NCBI GenBank assembly: GCA_046262455.1
Contig: JBHEMS010000002.1
Location: forward strand, 1,889-65,888
Length of the DNA stretch: 64,000 nucleotides
Origin: Candidatus Dormibacteria bacterium
GTDB lineage: Bacteria; Chloroflexota; Dormibacteria; DASZGP01
Direction of reading: 5' to 3'
Positions 9,708 through 19,548 of this stretch are shown in pieces (position 1 is the first letter of the stretch; each line of letters opens with the position of its first letter). A program made the position numbers and the translations under genes. Under the pieces are notes generated by a model. The model saw only the letters and a program-made list of their open reading frames with translations, did not search any database and was not told the DNA's origin.

Positions 9708-10795
9708 CACCGGCTCGCCGCGCGCTGGACGTCGGCCATCAAGACCTCTATGGCCAGGCGGGGGTTGACGTTGTTCTCCACCCGGTCCGCCGCCTCGCGG
9801 ACGCTCGTCCACATCTCGACCAGCGACGGCAGTCCGACGCCCGACCAGGCAGGGTCGCTGGCCTCAGCCCACACCGCGGGAGGCACGCTTGGCTCGGAAT
9901 CCGCGGCGCCCGCAAGCGCGCTGGTATCCGGCTGGGTTGGGCCCTCGGTCGTCTCGGCCGCGCCGGCGCGGCCCGCGGTGAAGTCGCGGATCCAACTCTC
10001 CCAGCAGTCCAGCGCCTCACGGGCGAGGGCGCGGTTGGCGGCACTGTCCGAGCCCCCGAATCGCGCCCCGAGGCGCACGATGTCCAACCATGTGCCGGCC
10101 GCGGCGGCCTCCAGCGCCGCGCCCCAGTCGAGCCGGCGGCGCGCCGCGGCGGGGTCAGCCGCCAGGACCAGGGCGAGCCCCGGGCGACCCTGGGCCAAGC
10201 GCAGCAGCGGGCCGGGAAGGTCGACACCCTGGCGGTCCAGGAAATCGCGCATCTCGACGTCGGAAAGGCGGTAGAAGTCGATTACCTGGCAGCGCGAGCG
10301 TATCGTTGCCGGCAAGAGGTCGCCCGCCTCGGCACAGAGGATGAGTACCGCACCGTCGGGGGGCTCCTCGATGGTCTTGAGCAGCGGCGACGCCGCAGCC
10401 TCCTTGAGGCGCTCGGCGCGCGCGATGACTGCGACCCTGCGATCGGTGTGCATTCCGCGCAACGACAGGAATGCCTGCAGCGCCTGTCCCGGGACGCCGA
10501 GCCTGGCCGCCTCCTCGCTTGGCCGCCCGGCCCTGCTGTCCTTGCGAATGACATCGATGCTGATGCTCTCGGTGTCGCTGTCCTCGATCCAGAGGTCGGC
10601 GTGTAAAACACCGTCCTTGAGAGGCGGGCTCCCGGCGGCCTCGAAGAGGTCCCCGGCCAACGCCAGCGCGGTGGCCGTCTTGCCCACCGACGGGGGGCCT
10701 AGGAATAGGTACGCGTGCGACGGCCTTCCCGTCGTCACGGCCCGACGGAGGGCGGCGCGGGCGCGGTCGTGGCCGGCGATCTGGTCGAGGAGCAT
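9707..10795 (-). CDS. holB: DNA polymerase III delta-prime subunit
   Basis: [15 protein letters not shown]...[15 protein letters not shown], then a clamp-loader SRC motif (IRSRCQ). ATG 10795 preferred; ATG 10813 and GTG 10822 are possible. Confidence 0.85.
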   Translation of the reverse strand: MLLDQIAGHDRARAALRRAVTTGRPSHAYLFLGPPSVGKTATALALAGDLFEAAGSPPLKDGVLHADLWIEDSDTESISIDVIRKDSRAGRPSEEAARLGVPGQALQAFLSLRGMHTDRRVAVIARAERLKEAAASPLLKTIEEPPDGAVLILCAEAGDLLPATIRSRCQVIDFYRLSDVEMRDFLDRQGVDLPGPLLRLAQGRPGLALVLAADPAAARRRLDWGAALEAAAAGTWLDIVRLGARFGGSDSAANRALAREALDCWESWIRDFTAGRAGAAETTEGPTQPDTSALAGAADSEPSVPPAVWAEASDPAWSGVGLPSLVEMWTSVREAADRVENNVNPRLAIEVLMADVQRAASR

Positions 10796-10799
10796 GACC

Positions 10800-10806
10800 G
10801 ATAATC
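10800..10806. promoter_or_regulatory. Shared AT-rich -10 element for divergent holB and glyA (candidate leaderless promoters)
   Basis: GATAAT (10800..10805, + strand) sits 6 nt before the glyA ATG at 10812. Its complement GATTAT (10806..10801) sits 5 nt before the holB ATG at 10795. Confidence 0.4.
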
Positions 10807-10811
10807 TTCCC

Positions 10812-12098
10812 ATGCAGGTCACCCGCAGCCCGCTCGCCGACGCCGTCAGCGGCCCCTCGATGGCCGAGGTGGACCCCGAGGTTCACGGCCTGATCGAGCG
10901 CGAGATCGACCGCCAGCAGACCAAGCTCGAGCTGATCGCCTCCGAGAACTTTGTCAGCCGCGCGGTGCTGCAGGCCGCCGGCTCGGTCCTCACCAACAAG
11001 TACGCCGAGGGCTACCCCGGACGCCGCTACTACGGCGGGTGCGAGTTTGTCGACGAGATCGAGCAGCTGGCCATCGATCGGGCGAAGGAACTCTTCGGAG
11101 CCGACCACGCCAACGTCCAGCCCCACGCCGGCGCCCAGGCCAACACCGCGGTGTACTTCGCCGCGCTGCAGCCGGGCGACACCATCCTCGGCCTGGCCCT
11201 ACCGCACGGCGGCCACCTCACGCACGGGCACGCGATGAATTTCTCCGGGAAGTACTTCAAGGTCGAGGCCTACGAGGTCGAGCCCGGCAGCGAGGTCCTG
11301 GACTACCACAAGTTGCGCGAGACCGCCAGGCGGGTGCAGCCGAAGATGATCGTCGCGGGCGCCTCCGCCTACCCCCGCACGTTGGACTTCGAGGCCTTCG
11401 GCTCGATCGCGCGGGAGGTTGGCGCCCTGCTGTTTGTGGACATGGCCCACATCGCGGGTTTGGTCGCCGCCGGCCTGCACCCCAGCCCCGTCCCTCATGC
11501 CGACTTCGTGACCACCACCACCCACAAGACGCTGCGCGGCCCGCGCGGCGGGATGATCCTCTGCACGGCGGAGTGGCAGAAGAAGATCGACTCCGCGGTG
11601 TTCCCGGGTATCCAGGGCGGGCCCCTCGAGCACATCATTGCGGCCAAGGCGGTGGCCTTCAAGGAGGCCCTCACGCGGGACTTCAGGACCTACCAGGGGC
11701 AGATCGTGCGCAACGCCAAGGCCCTGGCTGAGCACCTCTCCAGCCGCGGCCTGCGCCTGGTCGCGGGAGGCACCGATACCCACCTGATGCTGGCCGACGT
11801 GACCGCGGTGGGACTGACCGGGAAACAGTCGGAGAGCCTGCTCGACAACGCCGGGATCACGGTCAACAAGAACACCATCCCCTTCGACCAGAACCCCCCG
11901 ATGACAGCCAGCGGCATCCGGGTGGGGACCCCGGCGGTGACCACCCGCGGGATGGTCGAGGCGGACATGGCGCAGGTCGCCGACCTCATCTCCGAAGTGC
12001 TGCTCAACCCCGAGGATTCATCCCGCCACAAGCGCGTCGCGGAGCAGGTTCGTGAGCTCTGCGCAAAGTTTCCCCTGCACGTCCCCGTGGGGAATTGA
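10812..12098 (+). CDS. glyA: Serine hydroxymethyltransferase
   Basis: [30 protein letters not shown] and [14 protein letters not shown] (PLP lysine). The first 157 aa of track ORF 10341..12098 are antisense to holB. ATG 10860 is an alternative start. Confidence 0.95.
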   Translation: MQVTRSPLADAVSGPSMAEVDPEVHGLIEREIDRQQTKLELIASENFVSRAVLQAAGSVLTNKYAEGYPGRRYYGGCEFVDEIEQLAIDRAKELFGADHANVQPHAGAQANTAVYFAALQPGDTILGLALPHGGHLTHGHAMNFSGKYFKVEAYEVEPGSEVLDYHKLRETARRVQPKMIVAGASAYPRTLDFEAFGSIAREVGALLFVDMAHIAGLVAAGLHPSPVPHADFVTTTTHKTLRGPRGGMILCTAEWQKKIDSAVFPGIQGGPLEHIIAAKAVAFKEALTRDFRTYQGQIVRNAKALAEHLSSRGLRLVAGGTDTHLMLADVTAVGLTGKQSESLLDNAGITVNKNTIPFDQNPPMTASGIRVGTPAVTTRGMVEADMAQVADLISEVLLNPEDSSRHKRVAEQVRELCAKFPLHVPVGN

Positions 12099-12141
12099 CC
12101 GTTCGTTGACTTTGTGATATCAGAGCAGTCAAGCTGAGAAC

Positions 12142-13338
12142 ATGAGGCTTGACACTCGCGGCGCCCGCGGCTCGAACCTCAGGAGGTCGCTGGGGCTGGC
12201 GGGCCTGCTCGCCGTCACTGCCTTAGCCCTGATTGATCCAACGGCGGCGTTGGCCGTCACCGGAACGGCTCCCGGCCTGGGGGTGGCCACCAGCTTTGCT
12301 GTCCTTGCCGGCAGCGCGGTCACCAACACCGGCGCCAGCGTGATCAGCGGCGACCTTGGCGTCAGCCCTGGTAGCGCGGTGACGGGTTTCCCTCCCGGCA
12401 CGGTTGTCAACGGCACGATGCACGTCACCGACGCGACCGCGACCCAGGCGCAGAGTGACCTGGCAACCGCCTACAACAACGCCGCGGGCCAGCCATGCAC
12501 CGACGAGAGTGGCAAGGTGCTGGGCCAGGACATCGGTAGCAACAGCGCCAGTGCTCTCCCTCCCGGCGTGTACTGCTTCTCCACTTCGGCCCAGCTGACC
12601 GGGGCGCTCCACCTCAACGGGCCGGGGGTGTACATCTTCCAGATTGCCACGACTTTGACCACGGCACCCGCGTCCAGCGTGGTGCTCGAAAACAACGCGT
12701 CATCCTGCCAGGTTTTCTGGCAGGTTGGTTCCTCCGCGACGCTGGATACCACGACCGCGTTCGCAGGCACGATCATGGCCCTGGCCAGTATCACCATCAA
12801 CGACGGCGTCGTCCTGGACGGCCGCGCCCTGGCCCGCAACGGCCAGGTGTCGATGATCAACGACAGGATCACCCGGCCTTCGTGCGGACAGGCGTCCAGC
12901 AGCACCACGGTGACATCGTCGGCCAATCCCTCCACGGCGGGCCAACCCGTGACGTTCACCGCCACGGTGAGCGGAGCATCGTCGGGCACGATCACGTTCT
13001 ACGATGGATCCAGCCGGCTCGGCACTGTGCCGGTCGACGCCTCGGGTCACGCCACCCTGACAACGTCCAGTCTCACGCCGGGCACGCACACCATCACCGC
13101 GGTCTTCTCAGGTACGCCTGGCCTGCTCAACAGCAGCTCGCCACCCCTCGTGCAGGTGGTACCCCCTGCCAATGTTCCCGGGATCCCGCGCGCGGGCTCG
13201 GGACCGGGCGCCGCAGGCATGCCCTGGTCACCATGGTCGGGCGCGATGCCCTTGGTCGCAGCGGCCCTGGGCGCTGCAGCGCTTGTTTGGGCCACGTTAC
13301 TTAGTAGCGGATCACCCCTGCGAGGGCCTCGTCGATAG
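12142..13338 (+). CDS. Secreted DUF3494 (ice-binding-like beta-helix) protein with an Ig-like domain and a C-terminal membrane anchor
   Basis: Signal peptide. SFAVLAGSAVTNTGASVISGDLGVSPG...TATQAQSDLATAYNNA is typical of DUF3494. The TVTSSANPS...THTITAVFSG segment is Big-like. The C-terminus is a TM helix plus RGPRR. Confidence 0.85.
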   Translation: MRLDTRGARGSNLRRSLGLAGLLAVTALALIDPTAALAVTGTAPGLGVATSFAVLAGSAVTNTGASVISGDLGVSPGSAVTGFPPGTVVNGTMHVTDATATQAQSDLATAYNNAAGQPCTDESGKVLGQDIGSNSASALPPGVYCFSTSAQLTGALHLNGPGVYIFQIATTLTTAPASSVVLENNASSCQVFWQVGSSATLDTTTAFAGTIMALASITINDGVVLDGRALARNGQVSMINDRITRPSCGQASSSTTVTSSANPSTAGQPVTFTATVSGASSGTITFYDGSSRLGTVPVDASGHATLTTSSLTPGTHTITAVFSGTPGLLNSSSPPLVQVVPPANVPGIPRAGSGPGAAGMPWSPWSGAMPLVAAALGAAALVWATLLSSGSPLRGPRR

Positions 13339-14263
13339 CCGACAGCGTGGCCGCGTCAAGGCGGACCTCCGCGGCCTTGATGTTCTCCTCCACCTGGGCC
13401 GGGCGCGTCGCCCCGATGATCGCTGACGTCACGTTCGGCTGGCGCAGGACCCAGGCGATTGCCATCTGGGCCATCGTGATCCCGGCTTCCTCGGCGATGG
13501 GCCGGAGGCCCTGGACGGCCTTGAGCATGTCCTCCTGGAGGTAGCCCTGGATCGGGCGGCTGGCGCGCTCGTCGGCACCCCGGCTGTCGGGGGGGATCGG
13601 CTCGCCGGGCTTGTACTTGCCGGTCAGGACCCCCTGCGCCAGCGGCGACCAGACGATCTGGCCGATGCCCTCCTTCTCGCACAGTGGGATGACCTCCTTC
13701 TCGATGACCCGCCAGACCATGTTGTACTGCGGCTGCGAGCTGACGACCTGGTCGAGGTCGTGCTCCCGGGCGCAGTCCACGGCGGCCTGGATCTGCTCCG
13801 CCTTCCACTCGCTGACCCCGGCGTAGAGGACCTTTCCCGAAGTGACGAGGTCGTCAAGCGCCCTCAGCGTCTCGTCCAGCGGAGTCTGGTCGTCAAAGCG
13901 ATGGCACTGGTAGATGTCCACGTAGTCGGTCCTGAGCCTGCGAAGGCTCTTGTCGATGGACTCCATGATGTGTTTGCGCGACAGACCGCGGTTGTTGGTG
14001 TTGTCGCTCATCGGCCAGAAGACCTTGGTCGCCAGCACGTAGTCCGACCGCTCGATGCCCTCAAGGGCATGGCCCAACTCCGTCTCGCCGGCGCCGACGT
14101 GGTAGATGTCCGCGGTGTCGAAGAAGTTGACACCGAGGTCGAAAGCGCGGCGGATGGTCGCCGCGGAGGTGTCGCGGTCGACCTGGTTACCGTAGGTCAG
14201 CCAGGAGCCCAGTCCGACAGCGCTGAGGCGCATACCCGCACGTCCAAGGTGCCGATACTGCAT
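13301..14263 (-). CDS. Aldo/keto reductase (Kv-beta-like)
   Basis: MQYRHLGRAGMRLSAVGLGSW...FFDTADIY, with the AKR catalytic D/Y/K/H pattern. Confidence 0.92.
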   Translation of the reverse strand: MQYRHLGRAGMRLSAVGLGSWLTYGNQVDRDTSAATIRRAFDLGVNFFDTADIYHVGAGETELGHALEGIERSDYVLATKVFWPMSDNTNNRGLSRKHIMESIDKSLRRLRTDYVDIYQCHRFDDQTPLDETLRALDDLVTSGKVLYAGVSEWKAEQIQAAVDCAREHDLDQVVSSQPQYNMVWRVIEKEVIPLCEKEGIGQIVWSPLAQGVLTGKYKPGEPIPPDSRGADERASRPIQGYLQEDMLKAVQGLRPIAEEAGITMAQMAIAWVLRQPNVTSAIIGATRPAQVEENIKAAEVRLDAATLSAIDEALAGVIRY

Positions 14264-14266
14264 CGC

Positions 14267-15118
14267 TTAGAGCGTAGCGGGTGGGGATGGATTGCTCGGC
14301 CGCGCGCCTGGGACTGACGGTGCCGCCCCCGCGACCTGGTCCGCGAGGTGCTCGAGCGCGGCCAGCGGGCCCTGCGCCGCCACAACCGAGGGCAGCGCGC
14401 GCGCCAGGCCCGCCCGTGCCGACTCGGCCAGCGATTCGCGCTGAACCTGCGCCAGGCGCGGCCGCCGGGCGGCGTAGGCCGTCACGAAGTCGCGCAAGGG
14501 TGGTTCGAGGTCACGCAGCGCGCGCTGGCGCACAAATGCCGCTTCGGTGGCAGGCGCGCCGTTGGGACCGCCGGGGGCCCCGTGCGCGACTGACAGAGTC
14601 TGCTCTGCCATGGCGACGAGCCGCGAGAGCGACAGGCTCGCGCGCTCCCTCACCACCACGGTCCCCGCCGCAAGGTCGCCCAGGCGCTGGCCGCGGCCGT
14701 TGACGAACAGGGCCACGATCCCGATCCCATAGAGAAATGGAAGGAAGTCCAGGTTGCGAACCAGGTTGCGCATCAGGGCCTGCTCGAAGGTGATGGGCTG
14801 CCCCGAGCTGCCCACGGCGCGCAGCCGAGCCGCCTTCTTGCCGGGGGTCTGACCGGACCACAGCCCCTCGAAGAAGATGAAGTAGACGTTGAAGATCACG
14901 GTGAAGGCGATGAAGACGATGACCGCCGCCGCCGGCCCCCCCAGGCCGGTGGCGACGGTGACCAGTGAGAAGAGGGTCAACACCACGGCCAGGATCACGC
15001 TGTCGAGGAAAAGCGCCAGGAAGCGGCTGCCCAGACCTGCCAGCTGGTAGCTGAACGACACCCGCTCCGGCGTGGCGATGAAGAGTCCGTCGAACTGCGC
15101 CTGGCTGGCCACCACCAC
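14267..15118 (-). CDS. RDD-family membrane protein
   Basis: The RDD core starts at AGLGSRFLALFLDSVIL. One of three tandem GTGs (15118/15115/15112) is preferred because the track start at 15322 overlaps the divergent gene by 178 bp. Confidence 0.75.
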   Translation of the reverse strand: MVVASQAQFDGLFIATPERVSFSYQLAGLGSRFLALFLDSVILAVVLTLFSLVTVATGLGGPAAAVIVFIAFTVIFNVYFIFFEGLWSGQTPGKKAARLRAVGSSGQPITFEQALMRNLVRNLDFLPFLYGIGIVALFVNGRGQRLGDLAAGTVVVRERASLSLSRLVAMAEQTLSVAHGAPGGPNGAPATEAAFVRQRALRDLEPPLRDFVTAYAARRPRLAQVQRESLAESARAGLARALPSVVAAQGPLAALEHLADQVAGAAPSVPGARPSNPSPPATL

Positions 15119-15144
15119 CAGTATGGCGAGGTATAACCAGCGCC

Positions 15145-16122
15145 ATGCGTCCGGAGGAGTTCGTGCTCGAGCGCCGCGCGGAGTGGCTGGAGATGGAGAG
15201 GCTGGTTCGCCGGGCGTCGGGCTCCCGCCTCGGTGGATTGCGCGCCGAGGAGGTGCTGGAGCTGGCAACCCACTACCGCCGGGCCGCGGCGGACCTCGCG
15301 CGCGCCCAGCGAGATTGGCCACAGGAGCCGGTCACGCTCTACCTCAACGGCCTGGTGGCCCGCGGCCATGGCGTCGTGTACCGCCGCGGCGGGGCCGTGC
15401 TCAGTCGCCTGGCCACCTTCTACTGGCGTACCCTGCCACGCACTTTCCGGGCCTGCGGCGCCTACCTCGGCATCTCGGCCCTCCTGGTATTTCTCCCCGC
15501 CCTGGTCGCAGCCGTGGCCATCGCCAGCCACCCGCAGCTGGCGGGGGGGGTGCTCCCGGGACGGTTGATCACCGCGGTCAAGCACCACGAACTCTGGACC
15601 CAGATCGCCCGCGAGGAGCGGCCGCTGATGGCGGGCTACATCATGACCAACAACATCAGGGTGGCGGTGCTGGCGTTCGCGCTGGGGCCCCTGATCACGA
15701 TTCCAACGATCCTTCTGCTGGTCTTCAACGGCGTGAACCTCGGCGCGGCTTTCGGCTTGACCTACGCCTACGGCCTCAGCGGCGGCCTCTTGGAGTTCGT
15801 TGTCGGCCACGGCGTGATCGAGCTGTCGGTGGTCATCGCCGCCGGCGCCGCGGGTCTGATGATGGGTTGGGCCGTTTTGGTGCCCGGCGTGCGCACACGG
15901 GGAGACGCGCTGCGGATCGCTGGTCGCCGGTCACTGGTGCTGATCACCGGCCTCGCCCCCCTGCTGGTGATCGCCGGCATCATCGAGGGCCTCATCAGCC
16001 CGTCCACCGACCTGCCCGCCTGGCTGCACTACGTCGTGGGCGCGGCCACCGGGATCCTGATGTACGGGTACCTGCTGCTGGCGGGGCGCGGCGGCGACCT
16101 CAGACCAGCGACCGATCCTTGA
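15145..16122 (+). CDS. Stage II sporulation protein M-like (DUF95) membrane protein
   Basis: N-terminal soluble helix (RAEWLEMERLV), then polytopic segments with FTNNIRVA-like MTNNIRVAVLAF and GVIELSV motifs. Confidence 0.85.
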   Translation: MRPEEFVLERRAEWLEMERLVRRASGSRLGGLRAEEVLELATHYRRAAADLARAQRDWPQEPVTLYLNGLVARGHGVVYRRGGAVLSRLATFYWRTLPRTFRACGAYLGISALLVFLPALVAAVAIASHPQLAGGVLPGRLITAVKHHELWTQIAREERPLMAGYIMTNNIRVAVLAFALGPLITIPTILLLVFNGVNLGAAFGLTYAYGLSGGLLEFVVGHGVIELSVVIAAGAAGLMMGWAVLVPGVRTRGDALRIAGRRSLVLITGLAPLLVIAGIIEGLISPSTDLPAWLHYVVGAATGILMYGYLLLAGRGGDLRPATDP

Positions 16123-17452
16123 GCTCGAGGTAGCGCTCAACGACCAGCGGGCTGAGTTCGCCTGCGCGCGCCTCGAGCCAGTGCACGCCACCACGCCGAA
16201 GCACTTCGAAACTCTCGCGCCGAGCGGCCATCAAGTCCTCCACGGCGGCCCACCGGTAGGCGCCGTCAGCGTCGGATATGGGGCTGTCGCGGACGGCCAG
16301 CAGGGCGGGATCGGTCAGTGCCACCACCAGCACCAGGTGCCTCCGCGCCAGGCGCACCGCGTGGCCGACCAGCTCCCGAGACGCCTCCTTCTCCAGCAGG
16401 TCGGTGAGGACGACAACCAGGGAGCGGCGCCCGGCGCGGGTTGCGACCATCGCCATCGCGGCCCCGAAGTCCGGCTCCGTGTACTCGCCGCGCAGACGGT
16501 AGAGGACCTCGTTTAACGCGCGCATCTGACCCTGGCCCGGCCGCGGCGGCAGGTAGCTCTTGACCCTGTCACTGAAGGTGACGAGGCCGACCCGGTCCCC
16601 CTGCGACTGGGCGACCCAGGCCAGCAGGAGCGCGGCGTTCACACCGTGGTCCAGCTTGGTGAGGGTCCCGGCGGGCGCGGTCATCAGACGGCCGGTGTCG
16701 AGCAGGATGATCAGCTGCTGCCCGCGGTCGGCCTCGAACTCCATGGTGACCGGGCTGTCCCGGCGCGCCGTGGCGGTCCAGTTGATGCGCCTGATGTCAT
16801 CCCCAGGGAGGTAGTCGCGCAACGAGGCCAGTGAGGCCGCGCTGCCACGAACCATGGCCCGCCGAGTGCCGCTCAGCGGCGCCAGCCCCCGCCTGGCCCG
16901 CATCTCATGCCGTCGCACCGCGACGGTGTTGGGATAGACCGCCACCTGTTCGCGGAGGTCGACCCGCGCCTGCCGCCACCACAGGCCGTTCGCCTGCCGG
17001 CAGCGCAGCTCGACGGCCCCGAACGCGAATGCACCGCGGCGCGGCGGCTGCACGGTGTACGTGACGGAGGCGCGGCCAGCGACGTCGAAAGTGGTCGCCA
17101 GGACCCGCCGGTCGGGGGCGAGCTCCGCAGGCACGTGGTCGGCCACCTCCAGCACCTTCAGACCGGCGCCCGCCCCAGTGACCGTCACGGTGACGAGCTC
17201 GCGCTCGCCGAGCGAGAGGGGTCGCGGAAGGTCACGGTGGCAGCGGAAGGCGCCGGGCGGGGCCAGCGCCCGGATGTCGCGCAGGGTGAGGAGCGCGAGC
17301 CCCAGGACCCCCGCAAGGAAGAGAACCCACGCCGCGGCGGTGAAAATGGCCAGCGCGGGGAGAGCGGCCACCGTACCCACGGCGACGATCGTTGCCCGTC
17401 GCGGCACCAGGTTCAGCCGCGACCGCGCGAGCCAGGCGCTCAGCCGCCTCAC
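16100..17452 (-). CDS. DUF58 (vWA-like) protein
   Basis: SLRDYLPGDDIRRINWTATARRDSPVTMEFEADR is the DUF58 signature. Two N-terminal TM helices. 4-nt overlap with the moxR stop. Confidence 0.92.
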   Translation of the reverse strand: MRRLSAWLARSRLNLVPRRATIVAVGTVAALPALAIFTAAAWVLFLAGVLGLALLTLRDIRALAPPGAFRCHRDLPRPLSLGERELVTVTVTGAGAGLKVLEVADHVPAELAPDRRVLATTFDVAGRASVTYTVQPPRRGAFAFGAVELRCRQANGLWWRQARVDLREQVAVYPNTVAVRRHEMRARRGLAPLSGTRRAMVRGSAASLASLRDYLPGDDIRRINWTATARRDSPVTMEFEADRGQQLIILLDTGRLMTAPAGTLTKLDHGVNAALLLAWVAQSQGDRVGLVTFSDRVKSYLPPRPGQGQMRALNEVLYRLRGEYTEPDFGAAMAMVATRAGRRSLVVVLTDLLEKEASRELVGHAVRLARRHLVLVVALTDPALLAVRDSPISDADGAYRWAAVEDLMAARRESFEVLRRGGVHWLEARAGELSPLVVERYLELKDRSLV

Positions 17453-18396
17453 CGCGGGGGCGTCACCCGCGCCGCGACGCCCTCGAGCACGCTGTCGGCC
17501 GTCTGCCCGGCGACCTCGGCTTCTGGCCGAAGCAGCAGGCGGTGCCGAAAAGCCGGACGCAGCAGGCTCTTCACGTCGTCCGGCACCACGTAGTCCCGGT
17601 CCTCGAAGGCCGCGGCGGCCTTGCCCGCGAGCATCAGCAGCACCATCGCCCGGGTGCTGGCGCCAAGGCTGACCTCGGGCGCAAGCCGCGTCGCTTCCGC
17701 CAGCTCCAGTATGTAGCGACGAATGCTCTCGTCAGCGGTGACGCCGGTGACCTCCTTGCGGCAGGCCAGGACGTCTTTCGCGCCAAGCACCGCGGTGACA
17801 CCCGCCGCCGCCGGGTCACGCAGCTCGACACCGGCGTTCCACCGCGCGAGGACCTCGGTCTCCGCCTCGGCGCCCGGGTAGTCCATCAGGACCTTGAACA
17901 GGAAGCGATCCTGCTGTGCCTCCGGCAACGGGTAGGTGCCCTCGTACTCCACGGGGTTCTCCGTCGCCAGGACCATGAACGGGTTGGGCAGCGGCCTCTG
18001 CTCCCCCTCCAGGGACACGCCGCGTTCCTCCATGGCTTCGAGCAGTGCCGCCTGGACCTTGGCAGGCGCGCGGTTGATCTCATCGGCCAGCAGGATGTTG
18101 GTGAAGATCGGTCCCGGCCGCACCCGGAAGCTGCGGTCCTTGAGGTCGTAGATGGCGGTGCCGACGATGTCGGCGGGCATCAGGTCAGGCGTGAACTGCA
18201 CGCGACCAAACTGAAGGTCCAGCAGGCAGGCGACGCTCTTCGCGAGCAGCGTCTTACCGGTCCCCGGGACGCCCTCCAGCAGGACGTGGCCGCCCACCAC
18301 CAGGGCGATTGCACACAGGCGAACTGCCTCGTCCTGTCCGACCACCGCCCTGGCAGCCTCGGTTCGGAACTTGTCGTAAAACTGCTTCGATCGCAT
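17449..18396 (-). CDS. MoxR-family AAA+ ATPase
   Basis: VVGQDEAVRLCAIALVVGGHVLLEGVPGTGKT (Walker A), LLADEINRA (Walker B). Confidence 0.95.
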   Translation of the reverse strand: MRSKQFYDKFRTEAARAVVGQDEAVRLCAIALVVGGHVLLEGVPGTGKTLLAKSVACLLDLQFGRVQFTPDLMPADIVGTAIYDLKDRSFRVRPGPIFTNILLADEINRAPAKVQAALLEAMEERGVSLEGEQRPLPNPFMVLATENPVEYEGTYPLPEAQQDRFLFKVLMDYPGAEAETEVLARWNAGVELRDPAAAGVTAVLGAKDVLACRKEVTGVTADESIRRYILELAEATRLAPEVSLGASTRAMVLLMLAGKAAAAFEDRDYVVPDDVKSLLRPAFRHRLLLRPEAEVAGQTADSVLEGVAARVTPPR

Positions 18397-19548
18397 TCAG
18401 CTATTCCTCCGTGTCGGTTGGTCGGTGATCGCGGGGGCGGGACCCAGGGCGGGGTGGGCGAGCCGGTGCAGCGCCTCGGCAGCCACCGCCAGGGAGCGTT
18501 CGTCCTCGACCGTCCCCGCCCTCCCGACGGCGCGCTGCAGCGCATCCGCCAGGGCCGGCCAGCGCTGCCGCAGCGCCCTCTCCACCTGGCCCGCGTCGGC
18601 GGCCTGGCGCAGGCCCGTCTGAGCGGCCACCGCAGCGCGGGTTGCCAACACCAGGCGGTCGATGGTCTGCCGCCTCGCGCCGGCCCGGCGCAGCATCGCA
18701 CCCACCGCCGTCGTGAACTCCGATGAGGCTGGATCCACGGCGGGCTGCAGGGGCACCCGAGGACCGAAGGCGCGGCCGCCCAGCGCGAGCAGCGCGAACA
18801 CCAGGACGACCTCCAGCAGGATTGACAGCCCCCAGGGCGTCAGGAGCCAGCCAAGTGAGCTCCCCTCCCCCGCGCCGCCGGCGTGGTGATACTGGTCGAA
18901 GAGGACCGGGGCCGCCGGCCCCGCTGCCGCCAGCAGGTCTCCGGCGAGCCGCCAATTGCCGTCCAGCCCGATCGTCTCGTTGTCGAGCAGCGTGGTTGAC
19001 GCCAGGGCAAAGTAGCGACCCCCGCCGAGCGAGCCCTGGATACCCACGATGCGCTCGTCGGGCGTGCTGCGGAGCAGGACCACCTGGCTCCCGGAGGGCG
19101 GTTTGAACGCACTGGTCGGTCCGGTACGGACGGTGGTGACCCCGGCCAGGACAGGCGTACCGGCCACGGCCTCGGCGGCGGGGTCGAACACCGGCGAGGA
19201 CTCGACCCGGGCGATGCCCAACGCCCCCTCGAGACCCTGGTTGGGCAGGGTTGCCGCGTACACCAGGACGCCCCCACCCCTGACCCAGTTGACCAGCTCG
19301 TCGGACTCGGAGGGCCTGAACGGGATCTCCGGGCCGAGCACAAACAGCACCCCCGATTTCCCCGGCGGGCGGAAGGTGTCGCGCAGGAGCACGCTGTGGT
19401 GGCCCCGCGCGTCGGCCAGCTGGCGCAGCGCGGACGTTCCGTTGGGGTCATCGCTCTCCGCATCGCCGGTCTGTGCCAATGCGGTGGTCGCCATCCCAAC
19501 GCAGGCCATCGCCGCCAGGCTCGCTGCGACCAGGAACCGCGGCATCAC
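18397..19548 (-). CDS. DUF4350-like secreted protein
   Basis: Signal peptide MMPRFLVAASLAAMACVGMATTALA and a C-terminal TM helix. Sits in the canonical position downstream of DUF4129 and upstream of moxR. Confidence 0.75.
   Translation of the reverse strand: MMPRFLVAASLAAMACVGMATTALAQTGDAESDDPNGTSALRQLADARGHHSVLLRDTFRPPGKSGVLFVLGPEIPFRPSESDELVNWVRGGGVLVYAATLPNQGLEGALGIARVESSPVFDPAAEAVAGTPVLAGVTTVRTGPTSAFKPPSGSQVVLLRSTPDERIVGIQGSLGGGRYFALASTTLLDNETIGLDGNWRLAGDLLAAAGPAAPVLFDQYHHAGGAGEGSSLGWLLTPWGLSILLEVVLVFALLALGGRAFGPRVPLQPAVDPASSEFTTAVGAMLRRAGARRQTIDRLVLATRAAVAAQTGLRQAADAGQVERALRQRWPALADALQRAVGRAGTVEDERSLAVAAEALHRLAHPALGPAPAITDQPTRRNS

Noticed and set aside
10341-10811. N-terminal 157 aa of the 585-aa track ORF containing glyA.
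   Set aside because: This part is antisense to holB and has Ser/Arg/Ala-rich junk composition. SHMT homology begins at MAEVDPEV, so the start was moved to ATG 10812 (or 10860).
12099-12141. TTGACT-N17-TCAAGC upstream of the DUF3494 gene, considered as a sigma-70 promoter.
   Set aside because: The -35 element is good but the -10 candidate lacks the TAnnnT pattern. The evidence is too weak to list as a feature.
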